Assembly (NCBI GenBank): GCA_003427395.1
Contig: BFEA01000006.1
Location: forward strand, 6,138,580-6,202,579
From: Chara braunii
Lineage: Eukaryota > Plantae > Charophyceae
DNA length: 64,000 nt
Direction: 5' to 3'
The position numbers and the translations under genes are program-made. Shown in pieces: positions 13,330-27,184 of the stretch. How positions within the stretch are numbered: position 1 is the first letter of the stretch; every line of letters begins with the position of its first letter. The notes under the pieces were generated by a model. That model worked only from the letters and a program-made list of their open reading frames with translations. It ran no database searches and had not been told where the DNA came from.

Positions 13330-13710
13330 AATAGCGAATTCTAGAGAACCAAGCAGCATCATACATATTATGAAATCAGACAGTCGTAACCCTAAATTAA
13401 AAGCAGGATTGCGTCACGATTTCCACCAAATAAGAGCACAGCAAAAACTCACAAGTGACAACGTGCGAGTAGTCCCATCACCATCGACAACGAACCAAAT
13501 GTTGATATCCTATCTGGCGCTCGACACCCAGACTACAGATGGCAGATCATATCTATTCTACTATCTACGATGACGTCAACAGTTCCTGAAATACTAGCAG
13601 ACCTCAGACAATGTCGTCGCCTCAAGCACCAGGTATGTCCCTCGCATCACTCACAACCTCGTTCCCCAACACACAAATACCACATGCACCCAAGACCATC
13701 GCGCACCCAT
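13330..13710. repeat. Diverged ~380-bp direct repeat, copy 1
   Basis: Colinear with 14314-14697 (AATAGCGAATT, ATAAGAGCAC, ATCCTATCTGGCGCTCG, CTCAAGCACCAGGTA, TGCACCCAAGACCA). Confidence 0.8.
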
Positions 13711-14313
13711 CCACCCTACTTTCTTTCTCTCTCCATATGTCTATCTTTCTGATTGTCTATCTCCTTCTGCCTGTGCTTGTTTGTCTGACTGTATGTCTAT
13801 TGTATCCATGCCTGTTTTGTTTACTGCCTATCTGATTTTGTTTGTTTTGTTTGCGTCTGTATGTCTGCTTGTTTGTTTCGTCTGTATCGGTCTGTCTGAC
13901 CATATGTGTCTATTTGATTGGATAATCGTGCCCGCTTGATCGACGGACTGCGCATATTTGATCATTCGCTTGTCTGCGCCTGTCTACCTGCTTGTCAATC
14001 AGACTACTGGTTCCTCCGTCGTCCGTGCGTGCTGTTTTTGCCTATGTTCGTTTGTTGTTCGACTGCCCGTTTGTACGTATTTTCGTCTTGTTTAATTGAA
14101 TGTTCTTGTTTTGATTGTGTCAGGCTGTTTGTCTGTTCGTGTCGGACGATTTCTGTTTGTCCATCCGTTTGTGTCCACCTCTCTCCCCCCTGTGAACACA
14201 ACACATTGGTCGATGTGCGCCATGTTGAGATCACAACATGGGGAGCCCGGTAGTCGTGACAGTAATAATATTAGTAACAATATTAACATGGAATAATTGC
14301 AAGAAAGATGAAC

Positions 14314-14697
14314 AATAGCGAATTTCAGAAATCAAACAGCATCACCCATATGAGACCACATTGTTGTATCCTCGTATCAAAAGCCGAATTTCATCACGAG
14401 TTTTACCATATAAGAGCACGACATCGTTCATCAGTGACTGTCTGCGAACTTTCCCTTCATCATCAACAATGAACCAATCTTGACATCCTATCTGGCGCTC
14501 GGCGCCCAGACTACGAATGACAGATCCTATCCATCCTATCTATAAACGCAGTTGGTGACGTCAGCAATTCCCCTAAGTACGGGCGGATCTCGACCAATGC
14601 CGATCGTCTCAAGCACCAGGTAAGCCTCTCGTACTTCTCACCAACCTTGATCCCTCATACAGATGCCACGTGCACCCAAGACCACCACACGCCCCAG
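14314..14697. repeat. Diverged ~380-bp direct repeat, copy 2
   Basis: Colinear with 13330-13710. Confidence 0.8.
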
Positions 14698-15228
14698 TAA
14701 ATTTAATTTTGCATTGATAATAATAATAAGAGCAAACAATGACAATAATAATTATAATAACGATAATAATAATAATATATAATAATGACAATATTCAGAT
14801 CGCATAATTACTTCGAAAACCAGATCGTATCTCAGTGTCCAGAAAGCAGTGTTGCACCCTTATGACATTACTGGAGAAACATAACACTGAAAGCCAATGT
14901 TAATGGGATCTAACTCTTGTCTCCACCTACATATGTATCCTGGCCCTTCTTCCTACTTGGTCTTCAGCGCCCTGACTACGATCACTCAACTCCTACCAGC
15001 CTACGAATCAACAATGCAACTATTGACTTCAGTGGCCCAACCGAAGTTCTTGACAATGTCGATCCATGCGGGCCAACGCCAATGTCAGGTGTGTGTCCTC
15101 ACATCATCATCTCCATTCATACCACAACGCCCTCATTTCCTCCGTTCTCTACCTTAGTCGTAATCAGGCATTCCCCTGACTAACCTAAAACACGGTAGTA
15201 ATAATAGTAATAATAATAATAATAACAA

Positions 15229-15273
<45 letters not shown>

Positions 15274-17737
15274 TTATAGGCTATCTTTCTTGTTCGATAA
15301 GGTCGTGTCGTGGGGGTGTGTTGTAATCGGGGTCAGTGGTCGTTGCTCCTCACGCCAAGCAGATTGTTGTTTCACCCACTCTCTCTTACACACACACACA
15401 CACACAAACACACGCTCACTAATAACAATCCCTCGGGCAAGCGGGGCGAAAGCTCGATAATGACCAAGTGCGAGTGGCAGTGTACACTCCCACGTTATAA
15501 TGGGAGGTTTATTCGATTTGGTTCTCCCTTTAGATGGGAGTATCACGAGATTAACTGCGATACACTCCCTCAATCGCACATACATACACATACACTAATC
15601 ACATACGCACACGTGCACACACACACACGTGCCCGCATAAACTAGCGGTAGATTCATGAGAACATACCTCATCCTATCGATGGTAGGTAACGTGAGGTTC
15701 ACTGCGCGATTCACTCGCACACACACACACGCATACATACACATTCCTTCAGACACATCCATTAAGGCGATCCCACTAGCGAACCAGGGTGGAGGCATGC
15801 CAACGGGTTAGCGCATGTGGCGATGTTTATTTCCACGTTGTAGTAGAAGATTCATTCGATTTCGCTCCTTCATACCGATGGAAGTAACGCAGGGCTTGCC
15901 GCGTGTTTTGTTTACACCCATCCTCACACACACACTGACATTCACATACATGCATACCCCGTGATAAAGTATAGTTCCTCGATGTAGGGCTAGATTCATT
16001 AGATTTTATTTTAACCCTTGACCGAGGTAGTATGTAGTATACAGTTAGTCATGGGTTTGGGGACTTGCCAGTTGCCTCTCTATAGCTCCTTCGTCGTCGT
16101 CGTAGCCGTTTGTAGTTGCTCGATGTCGTCGTTGGACCGCCCCTGTACTCCAAACTCAAGGTCCAAATCTCCTCGTGCGGGGCATGGCCATCATCAATCA
16201 GGAGGTACGTCTTCCTTTCTCCTTCCTCTCCTCCTCCCTCTTCTTCCCCTCCTTCTTTCTCCTCTCCCTCCTTCTCCTTTTCTCGCAAGCCGCACTTAAC
16301 CTACGCTATCCTCTCGTCTGCTGCCCTCGTTTGCACGTCTTGTGCGTCTGGCCGCGCCTTCCTTCTCTTTTCTTCTGCGCATCAACTCCGCCTGCTAACG
16401 CGTGTTTTTCTCTTCCCTCGTGCTACTTATCGCTCTCTCTACTCCCCTCCCTACTATGGAGTACGTCACGCCTCTCAACCACTGCACACTGCCCTGCCCG
16501 CGGCAAGACTTGGTTGGGTTGTGATCGCGGCGGGCGCTTACTGTTGGCCACTCTCGAATGAATCCGCCCCAATACTGGGGGAAGATCCATTAAGGTACTA
16601 CTTGTGGCAAGTAAATTGCAAAAACAAAGAGATAAATAATAATAATAATAATAATAGACAAAAACAAAAATGAAAAATAAAACACGGAGGTTAACCGTCA
16701 CAACCTGCCAAGTGTCGGTGTACTATATTCTAACCTACTAACTGTAACTCACCCCTAATATGGAGGTCGCGGGTTCGAGCCCAAGCTCACGAAGCCCAGG
16801 CGAAAAATAGGGGAACTCCTTTGTCAAAAAGGAGCTAGCTCAGGGGTCAGGTGGATTCGTTCCCTGTACCCCGTGCTTGACAATCTCACACCTAAACCTA
16901 TTGAGCTAGCTCCCACTTTGAGTAGGAGGGGAGCAACTCAGTAGTATCGAAACTCGATCCGACCAGTGGCCTGAGCCCATCTTTCAATTTTTGTGGGTGT
17001 GTATGCTTGTCGGTCTGTGTGCCTGTCTGAGTGCTTGTCGGCTTGATTGCAAGTGTGTCCCGTAAGGTCACAGTGTGACCGTGATACTGAAAGTTGTAGT
17101 GGGAAGAATATTCATGTAGCGAGTAGGTCGGTACCTCACCATTTAGAGGTAGACGCGCCGGTTACTCGAGGTCGAGCAGAAGAAGACAAAAATTGGCATT
17201 TTTAGAGGCTCAATACCAGTAGTCGCCACTTGGTGCATAGACAATACATATCCATAGGTTGTCCCGGCCTCAATGGTCGAGGAATTTGCTTTACGACACC
17301 ATGCCGAAAATTCTTATTCTTCACTCCTGACCACCCTTGGTATGGTACCCGACGTAGGTACTGTGTCGAATGCAGATTCATGAGCAAATACCCTTGTAAG
17401 GGTGTTTGCTCCGACAACGTTGTCTCAACGTCCGAATCATCAGAAAAACTTAGACTTGCGAAATCCAGACTTGCAACAGACTGACCTTGCAAAACTCGGA
17501 CTTGCAAGAAAAACTCAAACTACGAAAAACTCAGATTTACGTTTGGCGGCCCAAATGATTCAGATGGCCATGTAACTCCACAAACCCTTTGTCTATACCC
17601 TACTGATAACCCTCCTAAAGTTTGGCCAGATTCTATCTATGTTTGCCCATACTTACTTTTTTTCGGGCATCGCCCAAGGCTCTAAGCGAACAGTTCGGGG
17701 AAATCAATTTTTCGTTTTTGTGGGAAAATTGACTCAG

Positions 17738-17863
17738 ATGGTCTGGCGGTTTTGCAAACTATGTTGCAAAATGGTCTGGCGGTTTTGCAAACTATGTTGC
17801 AAAATGGTCTGGCGGTTTTGCAAACTATGTTGCAAGATGGTCCGGCGGTTTTGCAAACTATGT
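17738..17863. repeat. 33-bp tandem repeat, ~3.8 copies
   Basis: Unit ATGGTCTGGCGGTTTTGCAAACTATGTTGCAAA. Confidence 0.95.
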
Positions 17864-18364
17864 ATATATGCCTAGGATATGGGGCCTGTTCAGTCTCACC
17901 CCCAATATCCTCTATTTGGCGGAGGTGGTTCTTTGCAGCCGGGGCTGCAAAGGCCCGTCGTCTATTTCAGTTCGGTCTTCCCCTCGGGACTCGGAAAACG
18001 GTTTCTCAGCAGCAGCAACAGTAAACGGCTTGGCCAGGCATCAGCAACAACAACACCTGTCTTATTATCAATAGGAGCAGCAACAACTATATTTTCCTAT
18101 CTACTTCCCCTCCTCCCCGCATTCAAGTAGAGCACGGGGGGAGTGACGTGGTGTTCAAATAAAGCATGGCAGGGGGGAGGGTTAAAACGTCATTCAAATA
18201 GAACATATGAGGGTGGCCACCACAGATACACAACATTTTCATCTTGTACATACAACGATGTCATTAGAATGAGCAAAGGTTGAAGTTTGTTGTCTATTCC
18301 CAAAAGAAAAGACAGACGCATCATTGAGGGAAAGTGAGCGAAACTCACTTTCAAGCTTGAACAC

Positions 18365-20476
18365 TCAAAATAAAAAGTGACGTTTCACAAAGTCAAACAC
18401 CTTCTCTCGTTTTCTTTTTGTACATTTTTTGAAGCTTTCTCCTCTCTCGTAGGTACACGTCTTAGGTTCTTCTTTAGGTTTTACGAGCTTTTTTTCAACC
18501 TTTTCTTTTCCCTTGTCCTTCCTCATATTCGGACGGGGCTTGTCTAACCTTTCTCCTCGCTTCTTAAACACCTTTAAACGCTCGCCAAACACCAACTCTT
18601 TCCATCTAGCCCCATCTAGCTCCTCAAGCAAGTAAGCCCCTCCTTTCAGTCTTTTGACCACGCGGTAAGGTCCCATCATCCTATTTGCCAGTTTTTTTTA
18701 CCATGTTCTCTCTAGAGCGGAATCGTAAAGTAAAACTAAACTTTCGGTGGGTATACCTTCTTGCCTAACTCGGAGGTTTTTATCTCACCTCTCCATGTCT
18801 TTTTCCCTTTGAACTTGCAGTCTATCTACAACGTCCATGGTACTATCCTCGAGCGTCTCAGTTGTCTGCCTAACTTGATGCCCAGTAATTGTTCCCTAGT
18901 CGATACCGCTTCTCAATCAGCCTTCGTGCACGAGTCCATATGGAACTTTATGGGCAAAGGGCAGTGTCTTTCGAAACATAGGGTGTAGGGCGGGTAACCA
19001 GTGGTAGTTCGGACAGTAACGTTATCCACCCAGACTGCGAATCTTTAGATACTTCGGTCACTTCTTCTTTTTCCTCACACACCATTTCGCGAGCACGTTC
19101 ACTAAGGATTGATGTCCCCTTTCAACATGAGCATTGATCTGAGGGTGGTATGCCGTAGACAACGACACCCGGATCCTTGCCCTCTGGAGCAAGGTTTGGA
19201 CTTCCTTAGCCGTAAACTCTGATCCTTTATCCATTACAATCTTCCCGACACATCCGTATCGGGTGATATACTCTGTCAGAAACTCACTGACCACCTTTTC
19301 CGTCTTCTGGCGTAGCGTCCATGCTTCCACGAACCCAGTCAGGTCATTCTTGATATCCATGATGTAATTCATTCCTCCCTCTCCCTTAGGCATCTTAACC
19401 AGGTCCATATGAACCTTCTGCCCTACCGGAGTCGGATAAAAAGGAAACAACGACTCCTTGTATTTTAGTACCACTCTCTTTTGGTACTCCACGCATGTTT
19501 GGCGGTAGCGCTTTACATCTCTATATAGGTCGTCCCACTATTAGATATTCCTAACCTTCTCAAAAGTCTCTTTCACTCATTTATGGTCTCCAACGATTCC
19601 ATAGTGGAGCTCAACAATTATTTCTTTTTGCGGTCCCCCTCGTCGCACACTACCCTCATTGCCATATCGTTCTTAGGTGGCCTGTTGAAAAGGTGATATG
19701 CCTTAAAGCAGTACTGTTGAGCCTCCTTTCTGGGTTTATCATCAACCTTTGTTTCCCCTAGGAGATATAACCCTATTTGGTGGTACTTACCGGTATAATG
19801 GCTCTCCAGAAACAGAATGGCGTCATTAGTGATAGGCTTCATTCTCACTGAGCCTATTTCCATTCGCAGGAACTCGTCGACCCCTCCTGGCGACCCCAAG
19901 CACCCTTCCTCTAACGTAATTCGTGACAACCCATCTGGTACCGCATTCTTGGCCCCAACTTGAAATATGCCCTCAACTACGTAGTCAGACATCCTTATGT
20001 GCATAAGTCAACTGGTTATCGTAAGATCCATCAAGGATAAGTCATTTTGTAATATGGCGACCACCACTATAGGATCGACTCGCAAGACAAATTTTCGCCC
20101 ATAGATATAGTGTTTGAAGACGTTAAGGCAATGTAACACCCCCATGACCTATTTCTTAAATTGAGAATAGTTCCTCTCGATGGTGTTCAACGTTTTACTC
20201 TCGAATCTGAGAGGCCTCTCCTTACCGCTAAAATCCTTATGAGTCAAGACCCCTCCTCCAGATGTCGGTCCCACGTCAGTACAAACCACGAATGGTTTGT
20301 TCCCCTCATATTCAAAGTAAGGGACTCTAAGGACCTGCTCCCTTCCTTAAACTCATCTTTCAGAATTTTTACCGTGTCTACTTGATTGCTCGTCCACTTC
20401 CACTCTACTCCTTTACGCAATAATTTTCTTAAGGGTTATGTTTCTGCCGCGTATCCTTTTATAAAGTTCTTCCAGC
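18365..20476 (-). mobile_element. 5'-truncated Ty3/Gypsy pol fragment (RT thumb, RNase H, integrase), same lineage as the large element at 46011-64000
   Basis: FESKTLNTIERNYSQFKK (RNase H); HMDLVKMP...DKGSEF...TAYHPQ.N..VER (integrase core); GPYRV motif; multiple stops. Confidence 0.9.
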
Positions 20477-20532
20477 TTTGAGGGGTCCGGCCGCCTGCTG
20501 TTCTTATCGGAAATGTAACCTAATATTTTGAT

Positions 20533-20961
20533 AATCCCGATCTTGTTTACTCCCGGATCGCTCCGATCCACACTCAGTGCCTAGGCCAAACAGGGGTTCA
20601 GATGGGGCAAGTCTCACAGAAACTTCGACTTCGGCCCATGAAATTTTGCTCTGGTCTCGATATCGTTACGCCTCTCGTGAAGCCAAAGTCCAAATTCAGT
20701 CCAGACATCAGTCGCCCCTCGCATAGAAGGTGGTTCTGATTCCAATCAGAACAATCAGAACCACCTTCTATGCGAGGGGCGACTGATGTGTGGACTGAAT
20801 TTGGATTACGGTTTCGCAAAAGGCGTAACTATACCAAGATGAGAGCAAAATTTAATGGGCCCAAGTCAAAGTTTTTGTGAGACTTGCCCCGTTTGAGCCC
20901 CTGTTTGACCTAGGCACTGAACGTGGATCGGAGCGGTCCAGGAGTAAACTAGATCGGGATT
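20533..20961. repeat. 429-bp imperfect inverted repeat (fold-back)
   Basis: AATCCCGATCT...AGATCGGGATT at the ends; near-perfect inner arms around GGTTCTGATTCCAATCAGAAC. Confidence 0.92.
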
Positions 20962-21104
20962 TTTCTTCTGCCACAGTTGGACCGGAACTTAAGGCTGAGC
21001 GTGCAAGGGCCAGAAGGACCCTCCTCCAACATTATCAGACAAAGATTGGTTGGACTCAGATTGGATTGTCGCGCGGAAGGGCAGGACGGGGAACGGACTG
21101 GAAT

Positions 21105-21314
21105 TTAATAAGCTAATCCCATACTACGAGTTGTTTCAGATTCAAGATATACTCTAAGTAAAAAGTCTGTTGGACACGCAAATTCACATCGTTTACAACC
21201 AGCACAATCTTCGGTTTTAAGAGTTGAAGCAATTTGTTTGGCTTTGCATCCATGCCAACGAATCATTTCTAAAACATTTATAGGACAATCTCTGACACAT
21301 TGTGTACAACTGAT
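21105..21314 (-). pseudogene. psaC: Nuclear plastid DNA insert: 5'-truncated, decayed photosystem I iron-sulfur subunit VII
   Basis: [24 protein letters not shown]...[33 protein letters not shown] matches PsaC; N-terminal MSHSVKIYDT absent; several non-conservative changes. Confidence 0.93.
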
Positions 21315-21769
21315 TAATTTACAAAAAATAAATAAATTCAAAAAAGGAAAAATAAAAAAATATACAACTTGGAAATTATATTATTTACTATTCTCGAAAT
21401 GTAAATCGAGATTTTTGAAAAAACATTCATTAAATCCATATTGTAGAGATGCTTTCCATTTTATTTTAAAACGACAAATCACAAATTCATTTTAACTTGA
21501 AGGGGGCCGAATAGTCAAGGTAGACCTGGAGCTCTGGCCCTAATGGGCTCGTGACGCCACTTTGATATGGAGAGTTTTTGCACAGTGTCATGGGAGAGGC
21601 CGGTCAAGTATCGACACCACCCCATTGGTCGTGGGATCCGTCGGAGATTGCTAGTCAGAAGTATAAGAACTCGGACGATTTTTTCAGATTCTGACATTTA
21701 CCCTATTTTAGAGGTTGGCAATAGCAAGGCATGTCTTATTCTTCTAGACTAAATAAAACACTCACTTTA

Positions 21770-24330
21770 TTTCTTCGAGCAGTTTGACTTTGGTTTTCTT
21801 GTCGTTGTAAGTCCGCTTGTATGACTAATTTCACTTATGGTGTTAACAAAGTTGAACTTTTGCAGATTACAGGAGCCGCGGACAACCCTCTCGTGGGTGA
21901 CAGACACGGAGCAGATTGCAGGGTTGGCCCGGCGTGCCGGCAGTAGCCATTTACCGGTCGAGACCTGGTAGTGAAGGGTTGTCATCTAGTTGTCATCTGA
22001 CTTTAAAGTGGAAATGTTTAATTGAGCCGCGGACCAATTGGAAGGGAGATAGGTATATATGTTAGCTATGTTGAAGCGGGAAGTTGTTACTATCTAGAGT
22101 GTTTATGGTCCAAATGATGTATCAGAGTGACAAACTTTCTTAAATTTCATTCTACTTCATGTCCAAGTGGGGATTCCGATGATCATTGCCGGAAATTTCA
22201 ACGTTGTTCCAGAGCGGCATTTGCACTGTTGATGTATCCCCTCTCCCTGCCCTATGTATGTAGAATGAATGAGCTAATAATATCTAATTTATGCCAATCA
22301 CTTAACCTTGTTGACTCATATAAAGATTTTTTTTTACTTCTAAAACATATACATGCTTTTGAAAATGTTAATCTATACAAATAATCAAATTCGAAATTGA
22401 TCTCATATTAATATCTGAAAATATACAAGGAGCACTTCAGTTAGCTGAAATATTCCCCTAAAGACCATGCAATGTGTGTGATAGTATTTTCGTTTCGCAA
22501 GAAACCTGACTAAGGAAAAAAATTATACAACTTATCGTCTCAAATTAGATAGTTTCAGACAATATGTCCAAGATGTATGAGATTTCTAGAAGGATCAGAT
22601 GCCTCTCATCAAGGATGATATCAGATGGTTCAACAATGGCCTAGTTTTCTTGAGTTACAAATGCAATGAATATCATATATTATTGGCAGCTTAAAGGCAT
22701 TTCCAAGAAACTTAACTACAAAATATGATTCAATAACTAGAACAATAAGAGACGTGTTCAAATGATTATGAAGTTTTAGAGTTTCATGCCAAAGAAATTT
22801 TGGAGTTCGATAATCTGTTTATAAACCAAATGAAATATAGATGGTAAGGGAGATGAATTAGAGAGAAGTTTAAAAGACATCATCTGAAAGGGACAATGGA
22901 TGCTCGTATTTCTGCAATGGTTAAAACAAGGTCTGAAAGAACATTTATTGAAGCTCTGGTATACTCTATCAACAAGGATGAGTCATGGGTTACCTCCATT
23001 GCCGCCTGTACTAAGATTACGAGGGGCTTCTTCAAAAACTTTTCATATCATACAATGGGGGCATTCCACGAACTCAATGTAACAATGAACTTGATGAATT
23101 TCTTATTCCTCTATCTAAATCACTTTCTCAAAATCTAACAAAGATGTTGGGAAAACTCTTAATTAAGAAAGAGATTTGAAAAAAAAATGATGTTAATGGA
23201 GGAAAAAAAACATATGGAATGAATGGGCTACTTAAATAATTATGAGAACCCTTATGAGATTTAATTTATCAAGATCTCATAGATTTATACCATGTGGTGT
23301 GGATCTCTGGTGAGATGAGATAATTTGTGGTGCAAGAGGTTTTAACTTTGCTTTACAAGAAAAGCGATAAAACAAATATTAGATGTTATCACCCTATGGC
23401 ATTGCTTACAGTAGTTTATAAATTGGTGCTCAAAGCTTTAGTGAATCATCTTAATAAAGTCATTGTTGATATAATTAACTCGGCGTAGACTAGTTTTCTC
23501 ACAAGTAAAAATACTCAGGACAATATCTTACTAGTCAATGACCTAATTAAACTGACTAAGTCCAAACATAATGAAACATTTATTTTCATAGATTTTGAAA
23601 AGACTTATGGCCATGTGGATTGATTATTTCTTTATAAATATCTTAAAAAGCTTAATTTTGGTTCGGATAAAAATACTTCATAAAAATGTCACGATCAAAG
23701 TAATGATCAATGACAATGTAACACTCTCCGTCTCTCTATATAGATCGATTAGGTAAGGGAATCCAATTCCGGCCTTACACAATAGAAGTCCTAACTGCCA
23801 ATTTACGTCATCACAAGGACATAAAAAAAAATCCAAGGTATGTCAATTCATGAGGATGCAATTCTGATTTGCTCTTTTTTGGTAGATGGTCTATCTTTAA
23901 TAGTTAAGTCATCTCATGACAATTTAGCTGCAATCAAAAGGATAATTGATATTTTTTGACGACTTTCTTATATGAAAGTTAACTGTCAAGCGAAACATTA
24001 GGGTGGTGGATTCATCATCGAGGCAAAAAACCCCATGGAATTTCTCTCTTAGCGGAATGCAAACCAGAAACTGACAATGACTATATTGTTTAACAAGTTC
24101 AATATAAATTAAATTCATACAAGGATTAACATACTCTTCCTTAATAGGACGTACTCAGGTGATTAATAATGTTTTCCTTACATCCATCAGGTACAAATTT
24201 ACTATATGGGTTTTAGATGAAACAACCCTCACCGCCCCTCAAGATATTCGAACAGCAGTTAAGTGTTTTTTTTTTTTAGAGATAATCATGAGGCATTTGG
24301 TCTTATTTTTGCGGCTCACATAGACTGCAT
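21770..24330 (+). mobile_element. Old, decayed L1-type LINE ORF2 (AP endonuclease + RT), boundaries approximate
   Basis: Motif remnants RLQE (~21863), VYGP (~22101), GNFNVV (~22191), LLYKKSDK (~23348), DFEKTYGHVD (~23591). Confidence 0.75.
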
Positions 24331-27184
24331 CTGTAATGATATTTGAGGCATTGATGCGCTTAATCCTCACTGTGGACAACCTCTATCATTTTATTACTAT
24401 TCACGAAGGCGGGATTCTCCTCTTTGTTGTTGCCCCATCTCCTTTTTTTCATTTCCATGGAGAAACCATGTGTCCTTCAATTATGATTTTTAAAATTTTT
24501 ATTTTTACTTCATTTTGGGGTCAGAGCATAGCGCCTGAGGCATTGTTTCAGAGTGCCTAGCAACCAAGCCTGATGCACATGTGCCGAGATAACCAAAATT
24601 TGCTTTCCTATGCTACTATTGAGATTTCGATTTCTGTTTGATATTTTCCAGCATATGTTCCTTACGCTTCCTTGCTAACTCCTTCAATCATTTTGACCAC
24701 CCTGTTGGTCTGACACAGACTTTTCCGACAGATCCTGCATCCCAAGAACGTGACCCGTACCACCACATTCCAGATGGAGTTCCAGAGGAACAAACTTTGA
24801 GGAGCGAAACAAATTACTTACTATAAATAATAGCTTGTTAAAAATACCAGACCAATCAAAACCCGGCGGAAACCCCTACTCTAGGATCAATTTCAGACTA
24901 TCAGAGTTATGAATGTACAACCACACCTCTTCTTTCAACTCAAGGTATTTCAACTTCAAATTAGTGATTAGCCATTCAACAAGTTTGAGCAGTTCTGCTC
25001 GTAATTACAGTAATAGATCAAAACCACCCCCACTCACCATTACCGCTATCAGCTACCGGGGCTTACTCCACTTCCATTGGCTCAAAGGCTTCCTTAAACT
25101 GCTAGTACCTTTCCCAGTTATCGGCCGCAGGCCCTGCGCACCGAGTTTTGGCGGCGCATCTGGCTGCTGCTAGAGGCCGAGTGCGGCCTCCGTGTTAACC
25201 GCCACGATTCGACAAAATGCCTGGGAAAAGTACGGGTGGTTTAAACATGTCAACCTTCATTAGATCAACCTCTTTAGTAGGTTCATTTTCCTTGGCAGCC
25301 CGTTTTATCTCCAATTCCTTTTCCTTAATTTCTATATAACTTGTTGTTGATTCCTTGGTTTTGGGGATGGCGGTGGGTGAGAATTTTGGGTCACACCCCT
25401 CTTTCTTACTTCTCTACATTCAGAAGATGAAGACTGACCGCTTCTTGGGCGATAGAAATGCAGGACGGGAGCAATAGACTTTGCACTTGCCACCACCCCC
25501 GACATCTCACCTCCTTTGCCACTCTAAATGGTCCGAGGTGCTTGTTGCAAACTGTTATGCACATCTTGATCCGTCTTACCGTACAGTGGAGCCGAAGTTG
25601 TCCCTTCATTTCCAGCCGCAACATCACACTCAGACACCCCACCAGTCCCAGCTGGTTTGACTCCATTTCGTGATTGAGGTTTCTGGTTCTTTTGAGATTA
25701 ATGGGACTGATGGGGTTGTCCTCCCCTCCCTGCCGGCCCTGAAAGGGGGTGGTGAACCTGATGCTGCTGGTTCTGCTAAGTCTATTGGGGAGGAAGCCAG
25801 TTCGTCGGCGATCGAGGAGGGTTACGTTGATCATCTCTACCCTCCCAGAACCATCCAATGGTTTGCCACACTCCGTTGATGTCGTTGGTGCACCCCTAAC
25901 CCTCAAGCCTTCCCATAATCAAGTTACTATGGTGTCTCCTACAACACGTATTGCACTAACTAAACTTGTAATTACACTAGCTCCCCCAAAACTCATATAT
26001 CCCCTGGTACAATAGGAAGCCAACTATACGATCCAGCCATACCAACATTTTTTTTTCCAGTAAAAATCAGTGATGGTTTGAGCTAGCAGAAGGCTAAAGA
26101 GATCAACAAAGCTACTTTATAAAGCTATCCTATGAGCTAAAAAACACATGTACAAAGCCTGTGTAAAAAAAAAATGCAACAAGTCAATATATGTCAATAC
26201 AAGTCTAAGCACTCTCTTATTTTTATCTTATAAAATAAATGACCAAAATATGAGAGAGTAACGAAGTACCTCTCCACCGAGAGAGGTAGTCTCCCTTCGG
26301 CGAAGAGAGTTAGAAAGCTATGCTTGCAGAGGTCCCCTGTATACCCTTAGGACTAGCTGTAGGTAGGTAATGAGAGAAATATATGTCCATGACATGGCAG
26401 AACGCCGATTAAAAATATTTGAGGTAAGAGAAAATTGTATGGTTGTTGTCCAATGAGGAGAAGGCAACTTTTATTACATAAAAAAAAGGTATCAATCAAA
26501 TTTTCAAATTTTGAACAAGGTGTAGCAACAGGTCTCATCTGTAAAACTACATACCATTTCTACATACCATCCTAAGTCGATCAGTCTGAATCACCACCTT
26601 GTGTTTGTTGTCCGAAGGGTCTGTATGAGATATCATCTGCGGTCAAGTTCCACTAGCATCGTGTAATTGTAGTTACCTACAACGGTGGGACGAGATTGAA
26701 TGGAAGGAAAGTTATGTGTGACACGAGTTTAGGCGGGGAAGTTTATCCCTTTTAATGTGCCCATTAGATTTTGACTGATCCAACGTGCTTTCTGTTACTT
26801 TGACTCTCACCTTTTGCTCAGAGAATGGAGGTCGTAGTTCTTACTTAATCTGTTTTGTGAATGAAGAAGCACTGCCATTATTGTATTATCGTTATTGTAG
26901 GACTCAAACTCAAGTCTGTTGACACAAATTTGCTAGTAGATCTCATGATGAGGATAGAGGAGCTCTGACGTCTGACGCTCCAATATAAAACGGGCTTTGA
27001 CAGAGGTAGGTCAAGGAGAGAATAATATTAAAGAAAAAAACAGGATAATTTATCTTGTAGCTACGAACATGTTCATTATCAGGGTACATAACTACACGCT
27101 CCGAGAATGACAGGAAGGATATTGCGTTTGCATTATCAATGCAGCTTGTTTTTGTTGATGATATCATCTGTTTAGTTTTGACAC

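Noticed and set aside
21105-21341. Functional nuclear-encoded PsaC or ferredoxin
   Set aside because: First cysteine and N-terminus lost, no transit peptide, non-conservative substitutions
24330-26350. LINE ORF1 remnant on the minus strand
   Set aside because: Composition is suggestive but I found no convincing motif; left unannotated
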